Positions 38,051 to 50,693 of a stretch of 64,000 nt of DNA are shown piece after piece. Below the pieces are notes generated by a model. The model was not told where the DNA came from. It did no database searches and saw only the letters and a program-made list of their open reading frames with translations. Position 1 is the stretch's first letter. Each line of letters starts with the position of its first letter. The DNA comes from Octopus bimaculoides (lineage: Eukaryota). The stretch is taken from NCBI RefSeq assembly GCF_001194135.2, contig NC_068994.1, positions 17,741,546 through 17,805,545 on the forward strand, read 5' to 3'. Made by a program: the position numbers and the translations under genes.

Positions 38051-39161
38051 GTAAGTATTCAATTGAATTTCTTTTATTCTAAGAATTGTTGTTGCTCCTA
38101 ATATATCTTCATTTCTTTTGACCATGTATTGAAGCCAAATTTTATATTTTATTTTGTCAAGTTATGAAATTATTTAATTTTTTTACAAAATAAACAGAAT
38201 TCTGCTCTGGAATTAAAAATTATTATGTCAAATGCTTACAACAATAGCTTCATTCGTGGCTATAATCATAGCAAGACAAGCATTCCTTTTTGACATGAAC
38301 TGTTTTAAGTACAATTTTCATACTAAGTTCCTCCCACTTTGTTGCTTGTGTAGTGATTTGAACACTGAAGGTTTGGTTGCCAGCCTTCTGTCCATCTCCC
38401 CTCTTCATTGAACATGGTCCTGGGACAGGCTATGCCAGATACCGGCCCAGAAATTCTTGATCAAGATAAGGGAGAATCTATAACCCCAGATAGGAGCCCA
38501 TTCCAAATACTGCCAACCTGAGCTTGCTCAGCTTGGGATTCATGTACAGCAAGGTTGTTATGCCCTGTAGTTTCGACTACCCACTGAATGAGATGTTTGC
38601 TAATTTGCACATCCATCTGCTACTAGAGCAAATAGCTTTTACTGCTAAGGACATCTATTGCTAACCACTTTTTTTTATAAACTAGAAATGGACCCTGTTA
38701 ACTGATTGACTGAGCTAAGTATTACAAGGCAATTTAGCTATTGCAGTGCTCCAATGCGTAACTAACTGAAGTAAGCTTTGAACTCATGACCATTTGGTTT
38801 ACAGCTGTAGCCTCACAGACATCATGTAGTTCATCATTGTTTAACGTCCGCTTTCCATGCTAGCATGGGTTGGACGATTTGACTGAGGACTGGTGAACCA
38901 GATGGCTACACCAGGCTCCAATCTGATTTGGCAGAGTTTCTACATCTGGATGCCCTTCCTAACGCCAACCACTCTGAGAGTGTAGTGGATGCTTTTACGT
39001 GCAACCGGCACAAAGGCCTGTCAGGCGGTACTGGCAACGGCCACGCTTAAAATGGTGTATTTTATGTGCCAGCTGCACAGGAGCCAGTCCAGTGGCACTG
39101 GCAACGATCTCGCTCGAATGTCTTTACACATAATATTCATTTTTTTTTTTACAATACACAG

Positions 39162-39256
39162 GTAATCACAGCTGTGTGCCTAATGCAGAAGTTCAGTTCC
39201 CTCACAATTGCCATAAATTAAGAGTGGTGGCTTTAGAAGATATTGTACCAGGAGAG
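39162..39256 (+). CDS. SMYD5: SMYD5 exon 10 (SET NHSC motif)
   Basis: acAG|GT; (C)[31 protein letters not shown]; donor GAG|GTGAGA; 95 nt. Confidence 0.96.
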
Positions 39257-40459
39257 GTGAGAATGCACTTTCCATAGCATGTATTTTTATTTGTTTTCAT
39301 GTAAATGTCTTTTTTTGGTTTTTCTTTCTATCCAATTCACGTCCTCTAATGACAGGCTGCTGTTGCAACTTTGGAAATTTCCAATATGGAATCTAAACAG
39401 GTAGCTAAATGAGATGTTATATAATTAGAATGGTATGTGGCAATAGGTTAGCATGGGAGAAAAAACTGAATGCAATTGACTGGTTGGGTATCAAATGTAT
39501 GAAATAGGATTTTTTCTTTGACTTGGGTCAATGTACATCAAGCAAGCCTAGGCATTCCAACCACAACGATCACATATTTTTCAATTTATCTAAGATTACA
39601 TTATCTAATGTGTTCTTCCCTCTTCTAAGCAGGGTGCAGTTTAAAAGGGATTTGGGTGCTCTTTCTAGCAGGATGAACAAGCTAAGTTGGGGCTTCTTCA
39701 CTGGCTTGAGCCAACATTGTGTTTGCTTCTGCCGATTATATACAAATGACTCTTGCTAAAAGAAGATTAATCTCCCCGTTTGGGGCCACAAGAGAAAACT
39801 GTCAGAGCAGGGATTTATTTTTTTATTCCTAGAAATCTTTTTCTTGTAACAGTTATAAGTACATCCCTTGCGGATGATATTCCAAGACAAATCCTGACAT
39901 ACCACCTGTGTAATCAAATTATATTTCTTCTGCATGCCTAATTAGCAACTGAAAGAAAACTGGGAAGGGGTGCTTTTGCATTGCAGAAACAACTGGTAGA
40001 AGACTAACCAGGGCACTATCATGGCTGTCCTAGCAACAAACAAGACACAAATAACGGAGTTTTAGCAGCATTAACTGAATGTTTTCAATAAACACAAAGT
40101 ATTTTGTTCATTTTTTAAAAAAACACAATAAGTTTTTAGCTAATCTGCAATTTCTTGATATATTTTTGGTATTATTTTCTGAATGCAGATGTGGCTGTTT
40201 GGTTAAGAAACTTGCTTCCCAATTACATAGTCTTGGGTTCAGTCCCACTGAGTGACTCATTGGGCAAGTGTTTTCTACTGTAGTCTTGGGCTAACCAAAG
40301 CCTTGTCACTGGATTTGGTAGATAGAAACCAAAAAAAAAGACCATCATATCTGTGTATATATGACATCATGTGATTGTTGTTAATGAATATCATTCATTA
40401 CCAATATTCTGGCCAGAGAAATGTTAACTTGCTTTGAAGCAGGTAGCAGTTGGCTAGAG

Positions 40460-40717
40460 CAGGGGTTTTCAAACTGGGGTCCGTGGACAGCAAATACTTT
40501 TTATGGGCAATTTGATTTTATATATGGTTTTTTAATCGAAATCTTTTAATTGACAATAAACCTATTTGTTAAATTCTGTTAAATAAACACATGTAAAAAT
40601 ATATGTTATTTTAAGCAAAATATTTATGTATAAATTTCATAAGCGTTTATAAGGGGGTCCCAAGGTAAAGTCTGAAATATAAACGGGTCCGCAAGTCAAA
40701 AAGTTTGAAAATCCTTG
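40460..40717. mobile_element. hAT MITE
   Basis: TIR CAGGGGTTTTCAAACT / AGTTTGAAAATCCTTG; perfect TSD GGCTAGAG. Confidence 0.9.
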
Positions 40718-41112
40718 GGCTAGAGGAAGGTACATTTAACCATAGAAAATCTACCTCAAACTCTGTTCAACCCATACAAACATGGAGAAGTGAATGTTAA
40801 AATGATGAATCTTGATGGAACAGAAAGCTAAGCCTACTATGATAAGATTTAAATCTTAGGATTGTGAACTACAAACATATTTTTAATTGTGCAGTCTAAC
40901 TTATATTCTATCACAGCCACTCTCTCGTCCTATACTCTTCGGTTTGATGAAACACTGTCAGGTCAATGTCAAACTGTTAAAATATATTTGTTTATTTTCA
41001 CAATGTCATGTGTTTTCTTCATGTTAGAAGCAATTGTCATGGCTATGATACAACAGCAAGATATTTGACACTAAATGATTATAAATATATATATATATAT
41101 TTTCTTCTTCAG

Positions 41113-41183
41113 GAAATCTGTATCAGTTATTTGGATGGATGCATGTTGGAAAGAAGTCGTCATAGCAGACAGAAGCATTTAAG
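41113..41183 (+). CDS. SMYD5: SMYD5 exon 11
   Basis: tcAG|GAA; EICISYLDGCMLERSRHSRQKHL(R); donor AG|GTACCT; 71 nt. Confidence 0.95.
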
Positions 41184-41283
41184 GTACCTTCCATTGTATA
41201 TGCTTTTAGTCCTTTTCTATAAAAAATTTGTCATAATCTGTAGTTCTCAACATAAAAGCTAAGTGTCCCCAATGTCACTCATC

Positions 41284-41673
41284 TTTTATCATTTACTTGT
41301 TTCAGTCATTAAACTGGCCATTCTGGGGCACTGCCTCGAAGAATTTTAGTTGAACTAATCGACCTCCAGTATTTTTCTTTTTAAGCCTTGTATTTATTCC
41401 ATCAGTCTCTTTTCCCAAACTGTTAAGTTATGGGAATGTAAACACACCAACACCGGTTGTGAAGTGGAGGGTGTGTGTGACAAACACACACACACATGTA
41501 TACATACATACATACATACCACAAGCTTCTTCAGTTTCCATCTACCAAATTCACTTACAAGGTTTTGGTTGGTCCGAGGTTGTAGAAGACGCTTGCCCTA
41601 GGTGCCATGTGGTGGGAGTGAACCCAGAATCATGTATTGGGAAGCATACTTACCACATGCCACACTTGTTCCT
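41284..41673 (-). mobile_element. SINE family A, reverse orientation, diverged
   Basis: Reverse complement matches family consensus. Confidence 0.75.
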
Positions 41674-43399
41674 CATGTTGGGGGAAAAAAAAAAAATCTA
41701 AACAGAAGCTAGTTTTGCTTAGCAGTTTACAATCTCTATTTTCCCATCTAGCCCATGTGGCTCTTTTTTCATATTTGCATGGAGAGATTTTTATGGAAAT
41801 TACTAAAAGCAAGGACTTAAGTAATGAAATTATGTTGGACTTTGGTGCATCATCAATCCTGTTTCTACTTGCTTATGACAAATGTCCTACATGTTCTCAC
41901 CCCAACAAAAAATTGTTTTTTGAAAATGTGCTTAAAATATATAATTGATTTAAGTATTTTATTTCCAAGAAAAATCACGGCCCTTTTTAAATGTCAAATG
42001 CCATTTGACAAGATCTTTTTGAACTCACAACCTGAAGGGGGTGCTACCACCCATATTAAAGCATATTTATATACTTGTACTCTTTAGATCTGAGAGAGAG
42101 AGAGAAAGAGAAAAGTGAATAAGATAGTAATCAGACTGCCAACCAATAGGTAATAGGAGGGGAGGGGCGTTTCTTATCCAAGTATAATTGCTTCTTTGTC
42201 TTTGGAACCTATAATTCTATTTTTTGCAGTTTACCTGACTGGGAAATGTGTGTGAAGGTGTGTGGCTTAGTGGTTAAGGTATTTGGCTTATGAACATAAG
42301 GTTGTAAGTTTGATTCCAGGTAGCACATTGTGCCCTTGAGTAAGACACTTTATTTCCCATTGCTTCAGTTCACTCAGCTGGCAAAAAAATGAGTAGTACC
42401 TGTAATTCTCCCTGAGAACTATGTTAAGGGTAATGCTCAGCCGTTGCATTCTGTGGAGTGCTCAGCCTCTTGCATGTTAATTTTATGAGCAGGCTGTTCC
42501 AGTTATTGGAGCAACCAGAATCCTCATTGTTGTAACTGATGGAGTACCATGTATGTGTGTGTGTGTGTATATATTAGGTAGACTCTCCTGTTGTAAACAT
42601 CAGATGAGGTGCCACAACTTTTTGCTGAACAACTAGCACAAATTTGTTCATAGTGATCAAATGTTTGTGCTGTACTATTATTAGCTCACTCCCTTTATCA
42701 AATCAACATTCTCTGTACAGTTGCAAGGTGTACCATAACCCAGGAATTGAAACTGCAATTATCAATGCAACACCCTAACCACTAGCCACATGCCTTTATC
42801 TATCTATATATATATATATAATCTGTATTTTAATATTTTGCTTAGGTATCGTGAGACTGACACTCAATATACATGTGCTTCAGAAAAAAGTGTTAGTAGA
42901 GTAGAGAGCGGTAATATGAAAATAAGGGAGCAAATAAACGATTATGTTATGATTATCTATGTCCCACAAACAGTCGTTCATAAATAGTAATAAAAAAATA
43001 TAATTTGCTACAAGAAATAACTCAACTTATGAATCGACAAATCTCCTACTCCATCTATCATTATCAGTCTATTTCTCTTCACACCAAGCTCTCATATTCG
43101 AAGCTCTGATGAAGCACTCAAATATGAGTCCACTGCATCTTATAGCATAAACAGCTGTAAGCTAATGAAGTTCATTTATTCCTTTGTCATCTTATTTTCT
43201 TATATATGTATATAAAATCTGGAAACAATATTTCTTGTACTCAGCTAACATCTGTTTCAGTGGGAGAATGGTTATATATCTGTAGGAAGGTGGATTATTT
43301 TTCTGAATTGACTCCAGTGTGTGGTTGGTACTTAGATTATTAACCCCAGAAAAGTAGAGGTCCAAGTTGATTGTAGGATTTGACCTTGGAATATATATA

Positions 43400-43754
43400 T
43401 AGGTGCAGGAGTGGCTGTGTGGTAAGTAGCTTGCTTACCAACCACATGGTTCCGGGTTCAGTCCCACTGCGTGGCACCTTGGGCAAGTGTCTTCTACTAT
43501 AGCCTCGGGCCGACCAAAGCCTTGTGAGTGGATTTGGTAGACGGAAACTGAAAGAAGCCCGTCGTATATATGTGATGTGTATGTTTGTGTGTCTGTGTTT
43601 GTCCCCCTAGCATTGCTTGACAACCGATGCTGGTGTGTTTATGCCCCCGTCATTTAGCGGTTCAGCAATAAGAGACCGATAGAATAAGTACTAGGCTTAC
43701 AAAGAATAAGTCCCGGGGTTGATTTGCTTGACTGAAACAAGTAAGAGTAAAAGA

Positions 43755-43755
<1 letters not shown>
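43400..43755 (+). mobile_element. SINE family A
   Basis: Homologous to 830-1240 with a 3' internal deletion. Confidence 0.85.
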
Positions 43756-43803
<48 letters not shown>

Positions 43804-43915
43804 AAGGAACTTAAATCTCACAAGTATAACATTCTTTGTTTCTTCACTATTTTTACATTTACAAATATTATATACCTTTTTTTTTTCCAAAAGAAAAATA
43901 ATTTAACATTGTTAA

Positions 43916-44119
43916 CCCTTTAGCATTTAAACCAGCCATATCCAGCTCAAATGTTTTATGTTCAAACCAGCCAGGTCTGGACTCTGATACCAATCCTACA
44001 ATATCATTCTCAAAATATACAATCACATCATCAAAATTTCAAAGCTATGAGATACATGATGAATTTAAAACAACGAAAATAAGCAATACATTTGGCAAAA
44101 TAACCCAAATGCTAAAGGG
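43916..44119. mobile_element. piggyBac-type MITE P1 (left-truncated copy also at ~17569-17760)
   Basis: TTAA TSDs and TIRs. Confidence 0.9.
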
Positions 44120-44192
44120 TTAAAGAAATCTAACAAAGAAAATTTTAATTTTAAATGAGTAAAAAGAAATTTAATTCAATTTTTATTTCCAG

Positions 44193-44307
44193 GGATAATT
44201 ACCTCTTTAATTGCAAATGTATAAAATGCCAGTCTCAATGTGATGAACCAGATGTTACTTCGAGTGAGGAAGACGAGGAGGAAGACATGGAAGCTGAAGT
44301 CACGTAA
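44193..44307 (+). CDS. SMYD5: SMYD5 exon 12 (post-SET CxCxxC, acidic tail, stop)
   Basis: ccAG|G; [37 protein letters not shown]; the 12 exons sum to 1179 nt = 392 aa + stop with all phases consistent. Confidence 0.95.
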
Positions 44308-45007
44308 ATCTCATTGTAGGATACTTTTCTTGCACATGAACTCTCTTCACACGTAGTTCTGACATTTTACTACCCCTTCCCCCCATACTAATTCTCTTGT
44401 AAACAAATTAGTTAATAACAGTCCTACTTTATATTCCTAACATGTTGTCTTTCATTGAAAGAAATTAATGGAGACACATAGTGGATCAGTAGGATAAATT
44501 AGTTTCAGTTACAGTGAGAATGGTTTGCTTCTTCACTATCAGTTCTCAGGGTTCTTCATCAGCCTCAGTTTAAAAATTACTTCTACTAGTCAGTCATATT
44601 GAGCTGCTCAGACTGAAAATAAGTAAAAATATCTTATTCAGTTTATAAATATTTAATTCCTTCTCTTCATCTGAAATGTTTCTCTGTAACTTTTATATTG
44701 ATATATATACGATAATTGTTCTTATTGTTAAACCCTAATCAAGCAGACCTATGATCAAAGGCATTCCAGCCATGACCATCCTGTCTTTTTAGATACTACT
44801 CTAAGATTACATTATCTAATATGTTCTTCCAGTTTTTGTTAGATGGTAGGCTGTGATATAAGAAATTTGGGTTGCTAATTTTAGCAGATTGAGTGACACG
44901 TAGAGACTCGCTCACTGGCTCACTTTAGTTGAGATAAATAGGGTTAAATACATTTCAGTATTTTTAAAACTCATTTGGTTCAAATGTTTACCCATCCCAT
45001 TGTGGTA

Positions 45008-45013
45008 AATAAA
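45008..45013 (+). terminator. First AATAAA polyA signal after SMYD5 stop (others at 45541, 45545; ATTAAA at 45495)
   Basis: Hexamer seen 700 nt after the TAA. Confidence 0.45.
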
Positions 45014-45584
45014 TACTGGTAATACACGGGTGTCAATTCAGTTACACATTCCCTCTCTTTGAACAATCAGCCTTGTGCCTCAGTTAGAATCCAATTTAAG
45101 TAGTACACAAGGTAAAACCGTAGCAAGCCCAAGTCTGTGACTTGCTTTTGAAACTCCATTTCTATGAGGTGAAATGGCCTCTGCCTTCCTTTCAAATATG
45201 AAGCTTCTGTGTCTAGGGGAAAAAAATCCAAGTCATTTAAGAATTACAATTGTAACAAGTGCCGTAGAGTGAAGTTCAGGCAACCCAAGTCTAAAATCAT
45301 TTCATTCATGTCTCATGCACTTACAAAAAGCATGGACATCAAAATATATTTTTCCAATCTACTGCAAAATTGAAGCCTTGTGCCTATGTAAGAGACCAAA
45401 ATTGAATTGGTAAGTTTATTTTATGAACATCCCCTACTTTGCTATGATGAACAAAATATTTCATTATTTCAAGTACATATGTTTATTTCAAAATATTAAA
45501 AATTGAATTAACAGTATCCATTATAGCTAAGGAATTTATAAATAAATAAATTGGTAAAAGATGTCAACTATCAAATTCATTTGT

Positions 45585-45590
45585 TTTATT
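45585..45590 (-). terminator. First AATAAA polyA signal after FH stop (others at 45482, 45415)
   Basis: TTTATT on + strand, 188 nt past the FH TGA. Confidence 0.45.
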
Positions 45591-45777
45591 TTTTTTCTCA
45601 ACCTATTTACAATTTTTTTCCGTATCAGATATTTATCCTGTTTTGGTGATTACATCTGTAGTCAACTTTTGCTCAACAGCTATCAAAAGAGGTTGGCTAT
45701 GAAAGTGAAGGAGGGAAAGTTAAAGCTATCCTCACAAGTTTTTGGCCAGGTTGCTATAGAGTACATTAATAATTCCA

Positions 45778-46202
45778 TCATTTTGGTCCAAGCATATTTT
45801 CGGGTCGAACTATTTCATCAAATTGTTCTTCCTTCAAAAAATTTAATTTTAGCGCTGCCTCTTTTAATGTAGTACCTTCTTGGTGAGCTAGTTTGGCTAT
45901 TTTTGCTGCTCTGTCATAACCAATGTGGGGATTTAGGGCAGTGACTAGCATAAGGGATTCATTAAGATTGGATTGCAAGCGTTTCCTGTTTGGTTGGATA
46001 TCTTTAACACAATGGTCAGTAAAAGAAATGCATGCATCTCCAATGAGTCTAATTGATTGTAGAACATTACGTGCAATGAGAGGTTTGAAGACATTCAGTT
46101 CAAAATGGCCGTTTGAGCCACCAACAGTAACTGCAACCTGGTTACCCATAACTTGGGCAGCCACCATTGTGATGGCTTCACACTGCGTAGGGTTAATTTT
46201 AC
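45778..46202 (-). CDS. FH: Fumarate hydratase last coding exon
   Basis: [40 protein letters not shown]...[12 protein letters not shown]; the six exons sum to 384 aa + stop, the same length as human V127-K510. Confidence 0.98.
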
Positions 46203-46539
46203 CTGAAAATAGAAAACACAGCATCAATAGGTGGGTACATGGTGGTGGTGGTGTGCTTAAAAAGTTTGCTTTGTTTTGCTACAACTTCGTTTTGGGTTCA
46301 ATCCCACTGCATGGCACCTTGAGCAAGTGTTACCTACATAGCTCCAGGTGTATGTCCATAAAGAAAAGTTTACTAACTCAGTGATTCAAAATGCAAAGAT
46401 GTGGAATAAAATTCCTTACTTGAAGAAGGAAATGTTGGCATCAGGAACAACATTTGGCCATAGAATACTGCCTCAAGCCCATCCAACCTATGCAGCATGA
46501 AAGAAAAGTGAATGTAAAAACAACAATGATGACTATTTT

Positions 46540-47950
46540 TACATATTCTTCCATGCCTGCAGGTTTTTGACAGCTTTTCAAAACAGCATTTTAACACTTG
46601 TGTCCCCTTTTAAGGTTTAATTATCTTGCAACTCCCTTTTCACCACTTTTCCCCATATCTTTTCCTTCTACAGCAGTAGTTCTTAACCTTGGGGTTTGGG
46701 GGTGTCACGGAAGGTTTGGAAGAAAGTAATTTATTTCATGTAATTACAGTATTGCATTGTAGTTGCTAGTGGTATCATGACTATGTGCTTTGCTCCTGCT
46801 CTGTAACTCCCATGGCACTTTGTGTTCCAAGACCATTACAAAATTTATTATGAGAGGCTTGGCAGGGTAAGACGATGAAAAAGGTTAAGTACCACTGTTC
46901 TACAGGATCCCCCATATGTATCACATACCACCATAGTCTTCTCTCTTGCACATCACATCTTAATCCTCTTATATCCAATTTTTTTTAAAGCTTATTTGTG
47001 CTCCATTGTTCATTCACACTAACGTTACACATGCAATGGATGTGTCAAGTTTGTCTCATTTCTTTACAGCCTTCACACATACTCCAAATTGAATGCCTAT
47101 GTTTTACTACCATGCAACATCACACAAGCATCATACAATTTGCTTTGGAAAGAGAATCCCTTTGTTGCCAGTAGAGGTAATAACTCCCTGAATTTTTTGT
47201 TACCCGATTCTTTCTCTGGCCCTATGCTTTTGGAACACCCTCCTCTGTTACTAATTAGGTCCCCTACGTAACAGAAGCTACCAACTAAACTTCAAAGCAA
47301 CCTTTTAAACATTTGAAAGGAGTTATTTCATTGGTTCTCTAACTGCTAACCATTATTGTGCATTTGCTACAAAGTTTTTCTCTTTCAGCTTGCCTGTGAT
47401 TCCACTGCACCCATAGTTTACAGTGGGTATGCTATATATGGAATCCCTATCAACTTTTCAGCATTTTGCATTTTATATTTCCATTATAAATCTTCAACTA
47501 TGAAAACTAGGCAGAGGAGTTCTCAAACTTTTCTGTTATAGTCTGGAGAACTATACTAAACAAGGTCCAAGAGTTGAGAAACACCTACCTGCATGCTAAT
47601 CTCCTCACTAAACCAATTACTAAATCTCACCATGTCAACAGCATTTCTGTACATGGCTTTTCCTAGCCATCCATTTATTCTAGATATTTTTTGCAATCAT
47701 CAGACCATACAGCATGGTACTGTATTAAAGGCCTTCCCTAGGGTATTAAATGTTAAGCATAATGGCTTGCTCTATGCAATCAGTGATGCACAAAGCTGAA
47801 CTACTCCTCATCCAAGCTAGTTTTCTTCCTAATCTAGAGTATCACCACTGTCTTTGTAGCATTCGATGCAGCAACAATTATTGGGTGTAACACCACATAC
47901 TACTGAAATGATGTTGTGAGCTTTCCTTGGTGGTTTATTTGCACGTTCAA
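46540..47950 (-). pseudogene. Older decayed RTE LINE ORF2
   Basis: Reverse strand gives YVGDLISNRGGCSKS...KFRELLPLLATKG, homologous to 6567-7184; interrupted by a hAT MITE. Confidence 0.7.
46674..46897. mobile_element. hAT MITE nested in old RTE LINE
   Basis: TIR CAGTAGTTCTTAACCTT / AAGGTTAAGTACCACTG; perfect TSD TTCTACAG. Confidence 0.9.
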
Positions 47951-48599
47951 CCTTATACTAACCAATCATAATGATTAAATTGGCATAAGCAGACCTAGTT
48001 GAAAAGGTTGGCATGTCATATAATTTTTGAAAGTTACTAAACCTATCTAGTTCAAGGTTGGTACTGCATGTGGTTTTGTTCATTGTTTGTTAGTTTGCAG
48101 TGCAGTTCAATTTTGTGCCATATATATTTATTTCACTTGTTTTACTTTACTGAAACCAGAATAGACAATCAGCTCTATAGACCTTTGTGACGTGGGAGAA
48201 ATTGGATAGTGAGCTATAGGGTAAGATACTGTCCTAGTCTGTCATCAAAATCTAACTTGCTCAATTTAGTACTTAATTTCACTTGTTCTATTCTTAGAAT
48301 ATAACTAGGACACCAACAAAATAGATCACAGCCCCAAAACTAAGATAATATTTAGGGTATAAAACATCAAAAACAATTCAGAATAACCCTCTTGAAACTT
48401 ATTTTGCAGAACTATTAGTATTCTTTGTGATATTTACTTATGTCCCTCTACATTTAAAGTTAAAATTCTACCAGGACTGATTTTTGTGTTTCAACCTTGC
48501 AAAACTTATGTACCATTCATAGGAGGTGCATGGTTTAGTGGTTAAGGTGTTGGACTCTAGATTGTAAGATTGTGGTTTTGATTCCTGGACTGGTCCTTT

Positions 48600-49199
48600 A
48601 AATGGTTCTAAGTACTTAGTGGTAGTTGACAGTTTCTCGAAATGGCCAGAAATTTGTAAGTGTAAAAAAACCAACCTCCTCGACTGTGATAATTTTTTTA
48701 CACAATTTCTTTGCGAGATTTGGCATCCAAGATGAGATAGTGTCTGACAATGAAATGATATTTGTGTCTAGTGAATTAAAAAAATTTTGTGAAATGTTCG
48801 TGGTAGAACATATAACTACAGTGCCATAGACAGGCAGAATGCTTTGTTGATACCTTCAAAAGAGCCTTTAGAAAATCGAATAAGGAAGTCACGGATGAGG
48901 TAGCTCTACAATAATTTTAAAGAGTGTACTGTGTGACATCAAATCTGAATACATTTGCAGAGATGATGCTTGCAAGGAAAGTAAAATATGTCCTTGATAA
49001 ATTGCTATCTGGCAAGAAAAGAAAAAGTGCCAGGGAAGACATAGCAAGATTCTTTAAAGTTGGTGAAAAGGTGTATATGAGGGTATACAAGAATGAAAAG
49101 CAGAGTTGGGAAGATGGCGTGATTACCAAATGCATAGGTAAAATGATGTATTGAGTAAAAAATAGAAAAGGTATACAAAAGAAACACAGGAACCAACTG

Positions 49200-49232
<33 letters not shown>

Positions 49233-49330
49233 TTTGTGGAGAGTGAGCCCAAGAAGTTGAAGGAACTGATGGAATGGTTGTACAATACATTCCAAGTACC
49301 AACACCACTACAGGTGATTGAACCCAGGTG
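48600..49330 (+). pseudogene. Decayed Ty3/Gypsy integrase
   Basis: VVDSFSKWPE, FARFGIQDEIVSDNE, FVDTFKRA, KVGEKVY...WEDGVI motifs across frameshifts. Confidence 0.75.
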
Positions 49331-49898
49331 TACAAGTGAGAGGAAAAGAAAACATACAGAGTTCTTGAGAATAGATGCCAATCATAAAAAATATTAAACA
49401 GTAGAGAAAAAAAAAAGACTCAAAAGGAGGAGGTAGGGGTGAATAAAAAATATTGTTAAATAAAATGATACTTCCTAAGAAAAACTTAAAAGGGGAGATG
49501 TAGGGAATTAGTAATAATGGTACACCCCTCTCATGTGATGAATGGAATAACCTAGTCACTGCAAGTAAAGAGAAGTATGTGAAGTACCAGCGTATGTAGT
49601 AGGCACTCAGAAATAGTCGTATAAGTATACTGTATACTGAAGTGGGTATTATAGCAATTTAACATTTTAAGGATATAACAAAAACTATAATTGGGAACTT
49701 AAAACCATCAGTTGTTGGCACCAGGCGTCATAATCCCTGTTAGCATAGAACCAGTCACAATCATATGAAAGCCTTGTTTAAAGCTACTATATAATAACTG
49801 CAATGAACAACTAGTGAGCTTGTGTCACCTAATAAAATCAACTCACAGAATTCAAAAAGATAAATCTAATATAAAAATTCAATATACATTTCACTCAC

Positions 49899-50102
49899 CT
49901 GGCATGATACTACTTCCAGGCTCATTTTCGGGAAGAATTAATTCTCCAAAACCACACCGAGGACCAGAAGCAAGGAAGCGTAGGTCATTACCAATTTTCA
50001 TTAAACTGCATGCCACAACATTTAAAGCTCCATGTACTTCCACAAGTGCATCATGAGCTGCAAGTGCTTCAAATTTATTAGGAGCAGATTGGAAAGGAAG
50101 CC
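49899..50102 (-). CDS. FH: Fumarate hydratase exon (fumarate lyase signature GSSIMPG)
   Basis: [67 protein letters not shown](G); donor G|GTGAGT; 204 nt. Confidence 0.98.
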
Positions 50103-50612
50103 CTAAAAGGATAATATAAAGAGAGAACCTGTAACACACAGAGTTGTTGTGAAAGGAAAAGTTAAGAGTACAGTACATTTAAATAAAGAATATTTAGCAA
50201 ATTTCTTTTTATCAATACATGTCATTCTTTACACATTTATTTTCTATCTAAATAGTGAAAATGTTTGTGTTGTAACACCTGTCATTTCTACAACAAAATT
50301 GTAGCAACATGTAAACAAAAAGAATGTTTTCGTACTGGGAGATTTTGTTTTAACACAAACCACTGCCTGTGTATCCTGATCGGCTTGGAATCACTGACAA
50401 ATATCGAAAAGCACACTAGTAGATTCATACAAAATTGTCCTTTCAAATATTGCCTAAATGTAACACTTGGTTGAAATCTCCAGTTGAGAAGCTTATATCT
50501 TACTTGAGACAGTCAATACATTTCTAAAAATTACAATGCTCACAAAATTGAAAATATATTTTAGTAGACAAATTTCATGAAAACAAATGGAAAATAAGGA
50601 ATCAAACTTTAC

Positions 50613-50693
50613 CTGTAATTTCAGCAATGTTAGAAGAAATTTTTTCTGCAAATCCAATTCTTGTGTTTATTCCAGTACCAACGGCTGTGCCAC
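50613..50693 (-). CDS. FH: Fumarate hydratase exon (not in ORF track; AAG acceptor)
   Basis: (G)[26 protein letters not shown](G); acceptor taacAAG|GT, donor G|GTAAAG; 81 nt. Confidence 0.93.

Noticed and set aside
40935-40980. TTGATGAAACAC...CAAACTGTT hammerhead-like remnant
   Set aside because: Core and stems too degenerate to support a fold
41184-41192. U12-type donor in SMYD5 intron 11 (GTACCTTCC)
   Set aside because: Lacks the invariant GTATCC; no TCCTTAAC branch site near the acceptor
45923-46384. 153-aa plus-strand ORF
   Set aside because: Antisense shadow of the FH last exon; similar shadows at 6868-7173, 16073-16387 and 49814-50056
48917-49381. Poly-Phe ORFs
   Set aside because: Caused by a ~32-nt poly(A) run inside the decayed Gypsy integrase
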